From IMG/VR virus record IMGVR_UViG_2706795974_000001, positions 1 to 64,000 of that record: a stretch of DNA of 64,000 nt; one strand, given 5' to 3'. A program made the translations under genes and the position numbers. The stretch comes from a virus (Duplodnaviria; Caudoviricetes). Below the pieces are notes generated by a model. The model did no database searches. It saw only the letters and a list, made by a program, of their open reading frames with translations, and was not told the origin of the DNA. Every line of letters begins with the position of its first letter. The stretch's first letter is position 1. Below, piece by piece: positions 1-8,380 of this stretch.

Positions 1-13
1 GCGCACTTTTAGT

Positions 14-118
14 TTCGGTCACCCGAAAAGTCGTTGTACGTTGCAACGAAAATTATTGTTCGGCGCGCCGAAACTTTATTGTTCGGTGGGCCGAAACTTC
101 GTTGCGACTTGCAACTAA
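14..118. repeat. Phased array of TTCGG-N4-CCGAA palindromes (22-23 bp period)
   Basis: Exact palindromes at 14-27, 59-72 and 82-95, with degenerate copies at 37-50 and about 105-118. Positions 53-75 and 76-98 are tandem 23-mers differing at 2 positions. Confidence 0.85.
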
Positions 119-384
119 ATCGAGTTTACCAGCGTGAATCTGGGATGCAACTTTGGAAAGGGGATTGCGGCTAGCGAAGCTCTCTGCTCCACCCCCGGTA
201 CGAAAAAATTCTGAGACTTTTCCTACTAGTACCACTTTTCAAAATAGGGAAAGAATGCGCAGATAATGTCGATGTTCCGGCCACCAATGTCCGTCCAGTG
301 GAAAGGAATCAAGTCATAATTGTCAAAGACGAACGTATGTTCTAGGATTAGAGTATGTTATTGTTTGTTAGCGTTTTTTAGGCC

Positions 385-597
385 CCTGACCTGCGGTTAT
401 GTAATAACTATAAATAATAATACTATAATTTAGTATTACCACTATTACTTATCGTACATCTGGGTCTACTCCGTACTAGTACCGCGGGCAACCCGTACCC
501 GCGCCGTATGTACTGCCCCCCTCTCACCCCCGGCGCCCCCCGATTTGTGTTAGCGTATTGGAGTTAGCCCAAAAACACGTCCTGACCTGCGGTTATG
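385..597 (+). repeat. 17-bp direct repeat CCTGACCTGCGGTTATG x2 flanking an AT-rich tract
   Basis: Exact copies at 385-401 and 581-597, each preceded by GTTAGCG (367, 549). Positions 401-450 are 84% AT. Confidence 0.85.
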
Positions 598-776
598 GGG
601 TATGTTAGGGTTTCGGTTTTCGATGTTTGCGTTTTAGCGTTATCCGCATTTCCCCAGCACTGGTTCTTGTTTTCACCCGCTGGCCGGTATTCGTGTGGTA
701 CTAGGTGTCAGGTGCACCAGTTAACGCTAACAACTATAATCGCCGTGTTAGAGTTTTCTTCGCTAGAAGATCAACA

Positions 777-803
777 ACCCCCGCCGCGTCGAGCGACGGG
801 GGT
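777..803 (-). terminator. Probable intrinsic terminator of the leftward replication operon
   Basis: ACCCCCG..CGGGGGT stem with an inner CGC/GCG pairing, followed on the minus strand by TGTTGATCTTCT. It lies 60 bp after the last minus-strand ORF. Confidence 0.55.
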
Positions 804-808
804 GCTGA

Positions 809-835
809 AAACCTTACAAACCTTACAAACCGTAC
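809..835 (+). repeat. Three tandem 9-mers AAACC(T/G)TAC
   Basis: aaaccttac aaaccttac aaaccgtac. Confidence 0.8.
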
Positions 836-862
836 ATTGTATGGTTGTTTACGGTTTATAGT

Positions 863-1132
863 TTATGCAACCTGCGTGCCTTTCTTTAGGGACTCTTTGT
901 ACTCCTCCATCCGCACCTTGAGGTAGGCGTCCCGGAAGGGATTGCTCGACTTCTGCCCCGGCTGGCGCTGCCGTTCGCGGTGTTGCATCAGGCACAGAGG
1001 GCCTCGGCAACCGTCATGGTAACCGATCGGTCGGCCGTGCTTGTGCTTCGCAATCTCTGGGTTGGCGAGCTCGGCATCGACTTCCGCGGCGAGCTTGGCG
1101 ATGATCTTGGCAAAGGGATCGGCGGTGCTCAT
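863..1132 (-). CDS. Small hypothetical protein with a His/Cys metal-binding-like motif
   Basis: HKHGRPIGYHDGCRGPLC motif; ATGA overlap with the upstream gene. Confidence 0.7.
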   Translation of the reverse strand: MSTADPFAKIIAKLAAEVDAELANPEIAKHKHGRPIGYHDGCRGPLCLMQHRERQRQPGQKSSNPFRDAYLKVRMEEYKESLKKGTQVA

Positions 1133-3432
1133 TTGCTGTCCTTCTTGTTCTTGGTGATGTTCGTGACGGTAGGGTACTTCTTGTGGCGAGCGGTCTCAGG
1201 GTGCACATACCGCGCAGCCTTCGGTCCCCGACGACTCTCCGAAGGCGCAACGACGATCTCGCCTCGCTCAACCAGCATATCCAGCCGACGCCAGACGTCT
1301 GCAGGGTCCCAGCCATTCTTCTTGACTCGGGCCTTCATGTTTATATCTCCCTGTGTGGCATATCCCTTGCGGGCGGTGTAGTAGGAGACAGCGCTGGTGA
1401 TCGCATCCTCAATCTCTCCACCCTGAGTAACAACAGTGCGCTCACCAGTGATGGTGGTGGAGCGGTTAAGATACTCCATCACCCACATCGCGCACTCGAT
1501 GTCCTCGCGCATTACGAGATCCGCTTTACGGTTCACCGCGAACAGGGTGGCGAACTTGAACAGCTTCAGATCAAACCGGCTCTTGATGTCGTCGTCATGC
1601 TTCCACTGCTCGATTGTGTGGTAGTACTGACGCATCAGATCGCGGGCGGACTGGTGGACATCTAGGTAGACAAGCTTACGAACACCCTTTCCCTCTGGGT
1701 CCACCTTGCCTAAGTAGTAGGCTGCGATGTCAGTGTAAAGCTCCTGACAGTGATCAGTGTCCTTCATCTTGTCATCGAATGGGTCCGACGCAATGAGCTT
1801 ATTGCCTGTAACAATCTCGAAGCGAGCAAGCAGGCCGTTGCCAATGTTGCCCCGGCCAATCAGCTGCGGGAGCGCCTTGGGCTGCACACCTGCACTGAAT
1901 ACAAGGTTCGGGTTTGTGGCGATAATCGTACCGCCCGACCTTGAGCCGGCTCTGATCTCGGCGTTGAGCCCAGGGTCGTTGTCCATCTCCTGAAAGATGC
2001 CAACCAATGAGCTGCCAACCATCGCGCCCTTACCCATAAACCGCGAGAGTTCGTCAACCTCGAGGTCGGCCATCACATCCTGAATCTTGTACGGGACTCC
2101 GGCCTCGACCTCTTGACTGAGCTCCTGGAGCAAGTACTCGCCCGAACCCGGCTCGATCAGTCGCTTGACTCCGGTGTGAGTCCCGTAGGGCCGACCGCTG
2201 GGCGGGTTGGGCAGCCAGTTGTACACGATATGATCGAGCACCTGGTTCATCGGCTTGCGTGACTGGGACTTACCGGCGCCGGTGGCTCCGACGAACAGGA
2301 CGGACAGGGTGGTCTTGAAAGGCCGACCAACCCTTCCGCGGACATAAGGCCCCGCCGAGAGAGACAGAAGTTGCAGCCCGCGGAACAGGCTGAACTCTTT
2401 GGGAATACTCATCTCCTCGACCACACGCATGTACTCGTACAGTGCGGTGCCCTTGGGGATGTTCTCGAATACACCGCTGATCTCGGGGAGCAGATCGGCA
2501 GTGTCGATGTCAGGGTCGAGCGCGGGAGACTCAACCCTGGGTTCTTCGTGCACCCCAACCGCATCGCCGCTGGCCGGCTTTGCCTCGGCCTGGTCGGCGA
2601 TGTGACTAGACTGGTCGGAGGTTGGGGTAGGCTCGGCGTGTGGCTCATCTTTATCGGAGTCGGCTCCAAACTCCTTGCGGCTAAAAGACGTCGGGCCGAT
2701 CTCCGGAAGGTCGTCGTCCACCGCTGCGAGATTGAACCCCAGCTCCTCGGCAACCTCCTGTGCGGATTTCTTCTTGACAGGCTCCTCGGCAGGCTCCTCG
2801 GCAGGCTCCTCGAGGGGGACTCCGTACTCCTCGGAGAACTCCTTTGCCTCCTGTGCCAGGCGCTCAGGCGACTTGCCGACGTAACCCTTACCATCCTTGA
2901 CGAACTCCCATCCACAGAACTGCTCGAGGGTGATCTGCTTCGCCTTGGCGAAGTCCTTGCCCTTGCTCTGCTTGCCGTAGACCAGGCCGTTGGCGGCTGC
3001 CACCATATCAACAACCCCGCCGCCGTTGTCGCACTGACCGTAGCAGACCCAGGTGTTCTTCTGGATGTTGATGCAGGCAGCTTCGGTGTTGGTGTTGTGG
3101 TGATCGCTCGAGGGGCAGAACACGAGAATCTCGTTCTTGCCGCCGGTGCGCTTAGGGTTGACCTTGTTCCCGGTGAGCTTCTCGTACACCTCGCGAATGC
3201 GGAGCGCGTTGAGGGCATCGTCCTCCTCGGCCTGCTGTTCAGCCTTGCGCTTGCGCCAGGCCTCCTTGTCGCTCCAGACGTCGGGGGCGGCTTCCTTGAA
3301 CTCGTCAGGTACGACGGCATCGGACTCGACGACCTTGAGTTCCTGCTCTTGCCGCTCTTGCGCCTCCTCTTGCTCGACCTCCGCAATGAGTTTGGCGAGG
3401 ATCGGGTGTTGTGAGGCTTTGCCGTTTGTCAT
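1129..3432 (-). CDS. Primase-associated helicase-like protein: N-terminal CHC2-like Zn finger and C-terminal DUF3987-like P-loop NTPase
   Basis: FCPSSDHHN..WVCYGQCDNGGGVVDM resembles the DnaG zinc-binding domain. Walker A GATGAGKS, acidic EVDELSRF motif, and a GLLARF motif. Confidence 0.7.
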   Translation of the reverse strand: MTNGKASQHPILAKLIAEVEQEEAQERQEQELKVVESDAVVPDEFKEAAPDVWSDKEAWRKRKAEQQAEEDDALNALRIREVYEKLTGNKVNPKRTGGKNEILVFCPSSDHHNTNTEAACINIQKNTWVCYGQCDNGGGVVDMVAAANGLVYGKQSKGKDFAKAKQITLEQFCGWEFVKDGKGYVGKSPERLAQEAKEFSEEYGVPLEEPAEEPAEEPVKKKSAQEVAEELGFNLAAVDDDLPEIGPTSFSRKEFGADSDKDEPHAEPTPTSDQSSHIADQAEAKPASGDAVGVHEEPRVESPALDPDIDTADLLPEISGVFENIPKGTALYEYMRVVEEMSIPKEFSLFRGLQLLSLSAGPYVRGRVGRPFKTTLSVLFVGATGAGKSQSRKPMNQVLDHIVYNWLPNPPSGRPYGTHTGVKRLIEPGSGEYLLQELSQEVEAGVPYKIQDVMADLEVDELSRFMGKGAMVGSSLVGIFQEMDNDPGLNAEIRAGSRSGGTIIATNPNLVFSAGVQPKALPQLIGRGNIGNGLLARFEIVTGNKLIASDPFDDKMKDTDHCQELYTDIAAYYLGKVDPEGKGVRKLVYLDVHQSARDLMRQYYHTIEQWKHDDDIKSRFDLKLFKFATLFAVNRKADLVMREDIECAMWVMEYLNRSTTITGERTVVTQGGEIEDAITSAVSYYTARKGYATQGDINMKARVKKNGWDPADVWRRLDMLVERGEIVVAPSESRRGPKAARYVHPETARHKKYPTVTNITKNKKDSK

Positions 3433-3620
3433 GCGTACTCCAGAGGACTGATCATAATGCGACCTTCTGGAACACCGAGCGCCGTCGAGGCAGCCAGTGT
3501 AGCGGTCGTAGCGACATTGGACTTGCGGAGGCAGCTGGTCTTCGCTAGAAGGCCGGCTCGGTCGTAGACCGAGATGCTGTACCCACTGGAATCCCGCTCC
3601 GCGAGCACGCGGACCTGGAT
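3429..3620 (-). CDS. Small hypothetical protein (start uncertain)
   Basis: Fills the gap between neighbouring genes; its stop overlaps the ATG of the helicase gene. Confidence 0.45.
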   Translation of the reverse strand: MQVRVLAERDSSGYSISVYDRAGLLAKTSCLRKSNVATTATLAASTALGVPEGRIMISPLEYA

Positions 3621-3624
3621 TCGT

Positions 3625-3750
3625 TTATTGCGCCTTTTCTGCGGCAATGCGCTCTGCCTCCTCGCGAGTGCGGACCACACCGAGCTCCTCCTTGTAAGCC
3701 AGGGCTTCCTCCCTGGAGGGAACAGGTTGGGTGACTTCTTCTTCGCTCAT
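3625..3750 (-). CDS. 41-aa hypothetical protein (MSEEEVTQPV...AEKAQ), not in the ORF track
   Basis: AGGTGG RBS upstream of the ATG; G/C-ending codons. Confidence 0.6.
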   Translation of the reverse strand: MSEEEVTQPVPSREEALAYKEELGVVRTREEAERIAAEKAQ

Positions 3751-3873
3751 ACTTACCACCTAAAGGTTACGGTGGGGATTCCCCACCTGTTGACGTACTC
3801 GTGTGCGCCCGCATGGCCCCGTTGGAGTTGACACTTAATTCCGAAGTACAGTGGGGCACGGCACCGATGTTTC

Positions 3874-4782
3874 TTAGGAAGCAAATGGGTTACCACTTTC
3901 GAGAAGAGTGACCGGGTCGGGGTGGGGCTTGAGTTCGTTGGGCGCGAGCCGCTGGTCGATCAAAAAGGTAGGGTCTTTGACATGCTTGAGGTTCTTGCCC
4001 AGCGGTAGGCGGCATAGGTTGCCGAGCTCCTTGTTCTTCATGGACGCTTGCTTCGGGAAGATTTCCACCGTGAGGTTCTGGTAGTTGTAGTACGGATCGG
4101 TCTCGGCGTGCTTGAAGAAGTTCGATCCGTGCACCGGCTCGAACCCGGCATTCGGTGAGATGAGTTTGCCAGCATACTCGAGGGTCAGCAGAGCTGCCTT
4201 GCGGGCGATGCGGGCGTCGATAGGCTCGGGGAAGAATGCGTAGACGTGGCATCCCTTGTTCCCCGAGTACGCAGCAACGGATTCGAGCTGCATGTGGTTC
4301 TGGATGCCGGAGGTGATGAAGTCCACCATCGAACGCATCTGGTACTTGAGCCAGGGGCGTGCGGGGCTGCGGCGATCATGCCAGGCCTCGCGCGGACGGA
4401 TCGGGTGGATGTTGAGCTTCTCGTAGAACTCGGCATCGCTTGTGACCTCGGCGAGGTCTTCGTCGGACACCTCAACCCAGGTGCCGTGACCAATCTCGCA
4501 GCAAGGTGGCAGCGGTTGGTCGTTCTTTTTCTTGGAGCAGTAGCCGGTGTCGAGGTCGATGTCGAACACCACCAGCTTCGTTAGCCCATCTGCGTCGCAG
4601 GTGTAGTGGCCGAAGGTCTGCTCGCCCGTTACGTGCGAGATGAAGTCGCCCATCTTCCAGGGTTCTCTGACCGGACGGTACCCACCGTCTGCTACCTGTA
4701 CCGCTTTGACATCCTTGCGTTGGACGAAGCGCTTGGCTAGTAGTTTGGCAAGTGCGGCGTCTCTGGCGTTTACCTCAGGCAA
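3874..4782 (-). CDS. Archaeo-eukaryotic primase/polymerase (AEP superfamily), stand-alone
   Basis: Motif I VVFDIDLD, motif II YSGNKGCHVY, motif III GNLCRLPLG. The TTG start at 4782 follows an AAGGAGG RBS. Confidence 0.8.
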   Translation of the reverse strand: MPEVNARDAALAKLLAKRFVQRKDVKAVQVADGGYRPVREPWKMGDFISHVTGEQTFGHYTCDADGLTKLVVFDIDLDTGYCSKKKNDQPLPPCCEIGHGTWVEVSDEDLAEVTSDAEFYEKLNIHPIRPREAWHDRRSPARPWLKYQMRSMVDFITSGIQNHMQLESVAAYSGNKGCHVYAFFPEPIDARIARKAALLTLEYAGKLISPNAGFEPVHGSNFFKHAETDPYYNYQNLTVEIFPKQASMKNKELGNLCRLPLGKNLKHVKDPTFLIDQRLAPNELKPHPDPVTLLESGNPFAS

Positions 4783-4825
4783 GGTATCCCTCCTTGTTTG
4801 TGCCCGTCGTTGTGGCGGTCCGTAG

Positions 4826-4854
4826 ACCGTAACACATTTGTCCACCGTTGTCAA
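4826..4854 (-). promoter_or_regulatory. SigA-type promoter driving the AEP/helicase operon
   Basis: TTGACA-17 bp-TACGGT with an extended TG at -15/-14. Confidence 0.75.
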
Positions 4855-4887
4855 ACATTACCCTGAGCTGCGTGTTTGCCGATTCCA

Positions 4888-4915
4888 TAGACTCTGGCAA
4901 CCTACGTGGTACTAT
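4888..4915 (+). promoter_or_regulatory. Promoter for a probably leaderless rightward transcript
   Basis: TAGACT-16 bp-(GTGG)TACTAT, 6 nt before ATG 4922; no SD sequence is present. Confidence 0.6.
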
Positions 4916-4921
4916 TCGCTC

Positions 4922-6319
4922 ATGCCCAAAATGCACGAAGGTCGCCGGTACGATCTGTGGTGGCAGAACCCATTCAAGTATGCAGATCACCTGAAAGAGT
5001 GCGGCGAATCGCAGGTAGTGTTCGACTTCTCTTTGTTGCACAAGTACAAGATCGACGCACGCGAGTTCATGCGTCAGTACTTCCGCGGCTTTCCGTGGCG
5101 CTGCTACGTTGTGCACTCGCACGTCGCCACGCTCATCGACTACACCTGTGGACCGGAAGAGTCCCTCGGCTCCTGGCCGGTGTGGAACTTCCAGGACTAC
5201 GATCTCCAGGAACTCAAAGACCTCGTGGAGGTTCCCTGGAAAGAGCGGACCCCAACCGAGCACGCCGACTGGTACGACATGCCTTCGCCCAACCAGCCGC
5301 ACCGCGTGTTCGTCAAGGACATCCTGCGCGGTAGCGACAGGTTTGTCAGCAAGCGGCGGCAGCGCCTCACAAAGATTCAGAGGCTGTACCCCGAGTGCGA
5401 GCTGTTCCTCAAGCCAAAGAGTTTCTCGATGGGACTGATATTCGGCTGTGGATTCAGCGCTGCGTGCATCGACCCCTACGAGTGGCGGTGGTTCCAGCGC
5501 GGGAAGATCGTGCTACCCAGCGGGAGGCACGTGCACTTGGAGGACGTGCCTCAATACAAATGGGAGATCGAGTACTTCGGATTCGATCCACACGAGGTGC
5601 GGTACGATCAAGACGTTGGATTGCTTTACTGCATCACCGCGATCCGCTACGCTGCACATCATTGGGATGATCCGACCGGGCCTTTCTATGCGAAAAAAGG
5701 CGTATTCGCTAGGCCGGACTTTCATAACCCTGACATGTATGCGCCGATGCCTTCGTACGAAAGGGTCAAAATCCCGCTCGACAAGGTTAAAGATACCGAC
5801 AAAGTTCTATGTGACTCATGCTCGCTGTGGCGCTTGTGTCCGTCCTATCGTTCCGGGGAGGTGTGTGGATTGCCCAGCTCAGAAACCAGCCGACTTGCCA
5901 AGTTGGCACTGTCGCGCAATGCAGATGATGTGGTCGAGATGCTTGCATCTGTCGTGTCGAAGCAGGCCGAGCGCGTTGAGAGAAAGATTGACGACGAGCA
6001 GTTCCTTGACTCGGGATTCGACAAGGACATCGACAAGATGCTCAACAACCTGTTCAAGAACGGCGCGACGCTCGCCAAGCTGCGGAACCCGAACCTTGGC
6101 CGACCGCTTGTGCAGATCAACGCCGGTCCGCAGGCAGAGCAGGCGAAGGCCATCGAGCAGGCCGACCCGCGCGCGCTCGCAATGGCGGTCATTCAGGAAC
6201 TCGAGGAGTCTGGCGTATCCCGCGACGACATCACCGAAGAGATGATCGAGGAGCACATGCAGAAGCACTACGCTCCGAAGCAGCTCGAGGCGGTAGACGC
6301 GGAGGTTGTCGATGGCTAA
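4922..6319 (+). CDS. Large protein upstream of TerL; candidate terminase small subunit with an extra N-terminal domain
   Basis: Overlaps the TerL start. C-terminal part has a Cys cluster (CDSCSLWRLC..VC), a helical region and a VQINAG tail of the kind seen in TerS proteins. Confidence 0.5.
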   Translation: MPKMHEGRRYDLWWQNPFKYADHLKECGESQVVFDFSLLHKYKIDAREFMRQYFRGFPWRCYVVHSHVATLIDYTCGPEESLGSWPVWNFQDYDLQELKDLVEVPWKERTPTEHADWYDMPSPNQPHRVFVKDILRGSDRFVSKRRQRLTKIQRLYPECELFLKPKSFSMGLIFGCGFSAACIDPYEWRWFQRGKIVLPSGRHVHLEDVPQYKWEIEYFGFDPHEVRYDQDVGLLYCITAIRYAAHHWDDPTGPFYAKKGVFARPDFHNPDMYAPMPSYERVKIPLDKVKDTDKVLCDSCSLWRLCPSYRSGEVCGLPSSETSRLAKLALSRNADDVVEMLASVVSKQAERVERKIDDEQFLDSGFDKDIDKMLNNLFKNGATLAKLRNPNLGRPLVQINAGPQAEQAKAIEQADPRALAMAVIQELEESGVSRDDITEEMIEEHMQKHYAPKQLEAVDAEVVDG

Positions 6320-8288
6320 CGCCGCCCTCGAAGAGGCGATATGGCTGAAGGATAACCCCGAGTTCCGTATGCGGCCAGCCAACATCCGCGAGTTCTGCGG
6401 ACCCGGCTACCTCAACGAGCGCAACGTGCGCCCGGGCATCATGCAGGCACTGGTGGAAACCTTCGGCGAAGAGGTCAACGCCTACTCGATCAGCAACAAG
6501 CGACGCGCCCTGCTGACGGGCGCAATCGGCATCGGCAAGTCTACCTACGCCGCAATCGCGCTGAGCTACATGGTGCACTGGATCAAGTGCCTGAAGAATC
6601 CCAAGGAGTTCTACAACCTCTCGGAAGACTCGGTCATCGGCTTCATGATGATGAGCACCACCGAGAAGCTGGCCCAAGAGGTTATCTTCCAGAAGGTCAA
6701 GAAGCGAATCCAGAACTCCAAGTGGTTCCAGCTGTACGCACCACTCGCCGAAGAGAACAAGCGTATGCAGAAACAGATGCGCTTCGAGGGCGACATCTGG
6801 ATCGTGCCAGGCTCGTCGGCGGAAACCTCCTTCGAGGGCTACGACATTCTCGGCGGCATCGTTGACGAGGGCGACTCCCACCAGGTTACCGATCAGAAGG
6901 ACTACGCTGAAGCTGGCTACAATACCATCGAGAGCCGCATCGAGTCGCGGTTCACCGATTTCATGACTGGCCAGCACCGCGGCCTGATGATCTGTATTGG
7001 ACAGGCGAAGCGCAAAAACGGCTTCATGCTTCGGCACTACGATGAGTTCAGCAAGGACCCAGACTCGGTTGCGGTCCGCATGACCATCTGGGAATCGTTC
7101 GGCTGGCACAACTACACCTTCGACAAGAACGACATCAAGCTCGGCAGGGAAACCGCCGAGCGCGACAGCTTCTACTACGACATGCGAAAGCGTGAACTGT
7201 ATTCGAAGGAAGCTGCCCAGCTCATCATGAACAAAGACCTCATCGAGGTGCCGACTCAGTACAGGAAGAGCTTCGAACGTGATCCGGTTAAAGCGCTCCG
7301 AGACCTTGCGGGAATACCTCCAGAGGTCGACGACCCATTCATCTCACGGCCCGACTTCATCCTGGACAACCAGGAGCTATGGCACCAGCGATACCCAGAG
7401 TACGATTCGCCTGTTGGTCCCGAGTATCGACTCGATCGTATCGTACTCCCTGATTGGTTCGTGCCTGGCAATCTGGGCGGGGATTACCGCAGGGTCATTC
7501 ATATTGACACAGCCTACTCGCCAGACGGCGATGCTCTCGGTTTTGCAATGGCGCATGTCCCGGAGAAGGTAAACGAATACGAAGAGGAACGACCTGTCAT
7601 CGTATTCGACCTGCTGCTGCGGATCAAGGCTACGCCATCAGTGGAGATCAACTTCGGAGAGATTCGCAAGTTCATCTACCAGCTCCGCGACGAGCGCGGG
7701 TTCGAGATCGACCTGGTTACCATCGACGGATTCAACTCGTTCGACTTCATTCAGCAGCTTCGGAGGAACAAGGTCAAGTCTGACTACCTATCCGTCGATA
7801 AGACCAAGGCGCCCTATGAGGACCTGCGCGAAGTCATCAATGATCGGCGGTGCTACCTGCCGAAGTACATGGTGCCGTACCACCGAGGTGACACCAAGCT
7901 CATCAACATTGCATACAAGGAATTGTCCGAGGTTCAGGACGTCGGCAGGAAGATCGACCACCCGAAAGATGGATCGAAGGATGTCGCCGACGCGATAACC
8001 GGCTGTGTGCATACACTGGTGTCGATTAGTAAGTTCACACGCGAGGCGCGCACCATCGAGCGCGAGGGCGTGCGTGCCCCGGGCGCACCAAAGAAGGCCG
8101 AGGTGCTGTCCGACGCCAGCGACTTCTTTGGCGCACCCAAGGCTATGCAAGCTTCGCTCGACGCGCATAGCCCCATCTCGTTCGAGGAGTTCGCACGAGC
8201 GCAGAACGACCTGCTGGCTGGAGGCGTTAACTTCAGCACACTGCTCAACGGGTTAGGTCCGGCTGGATACGAGGACCGTATATTGTGA
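6312..8288 (+). CDS. terL: Terminase large subunit
   Basis: Walker A GAIGIGKS, Walker B IVDEGD, RNase H-like IHIDTA and KIDHPKDGSKDVADA. GGAGG RBS before ATG 6312. Confidence 0.92.
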   Translation: MANAALEEAIWLKDNPEFRMRPANIREFCGPGYLNERNVRPGIMQALVETFGEEVNAYSISNKRRALLTGAIGIGKSTYAAIALSYMVHWIKCLKNPKEFYNLSEDSVIGFMMMSTTEKLAQEVIFQKVKKRIQNSKWFQLYAPLAEENKRMQKQMRFEGDIWIVPGSSAETSFEGYDILGGIVDEGDSHQVTDQKDYAEAGYNTIESRIESRFTDFMTGQHRGLMICIGQAKRKNGFMLRHYDEFSKDPDSVAVRMTIWESFGWHNYTFDKNDIKLGRETAERDSFYYDMRKRELYSKEAAQLIMNKDLIEVPTQYRKSFERDPVKALRDLAGIPPEVDDPFISRPDFILDNQELWHQRYPEYDSPVGPEYRLDRIVLPDWFVPGNLGGDYRRVIHIDTAYSPDGDALGFAMAHVPEKVNEYEEERPVIVFDLLLRIKATPSVEINFGEIRKFIYQLRDERGFEIDLVTIDGFNSFDFIQQLRRNKVKSDYLSVDKTKAPYEDLREVINDRRCYLPKYMVPYHRGDTKLINIAYKELSEVQDVGRKIDHPKDGSKDVADAITGCVHTLVSISKFTREARTIEREGVRAPGAPKKAEVLSDASDFFGAPKAMQASLDAHSPISFEEFARAQNDLLAGGVNFSTLLNGLGPAGYEDRIL

Positions 8289-8289
8289 G

Positions 8290-8339
8290 CAATGGCCCAT
8301 GACTAGCGCAATGCTAGACATGGGCCATTGTCGTACAGT
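8290..8339 (+). promoter_or_regulatory. Interrupted inverted repeat followed by a TACAGT -10-like box, upstream of the portal gene
   Basis: CAATGGCCCATG-A-CTAGC-GCAAT-GCTAG-A-CATGGGCCATTG, then TACAGT at 8334-8339. Confidence 0.5.
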
Positions 8340-8380
8340 AGTGTTACCAGCTAACTTCCAACGCGGCGTTTCGCACCAGT

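Noticed and set aside
1-130. Possible mini-CRISPR array (GAAAC-containing repeats)
   Set aside because: Units are directly tandem at a 22-23 bp period with no unique spacers of about 30-40 bp, and there is no cas operon.
2780-2813. 12-bp tandem repeat in the helicase gene, and 27-bp repeats in the SSB-like gene (about 53990-54065)
   Set aside because: In-frame repeats encoding EEPA and QPKPE linkers; ordinary low-complexity spacers.
3827-3851. TTGACA...TACAGT antisense promoter on the plus strand
   Set aside because: The spacer is only 13 bp, which is incompatible with SigA geometry.
4838-4921. Overlapping 5' extensions of the divergent ORFs given in the track (4854 minus, 4838 plus)
   Set aside because: Better starts exist (TTG 4782 with AAGGAGG; leaderless ATG 4922), and the interval holds two promoters.
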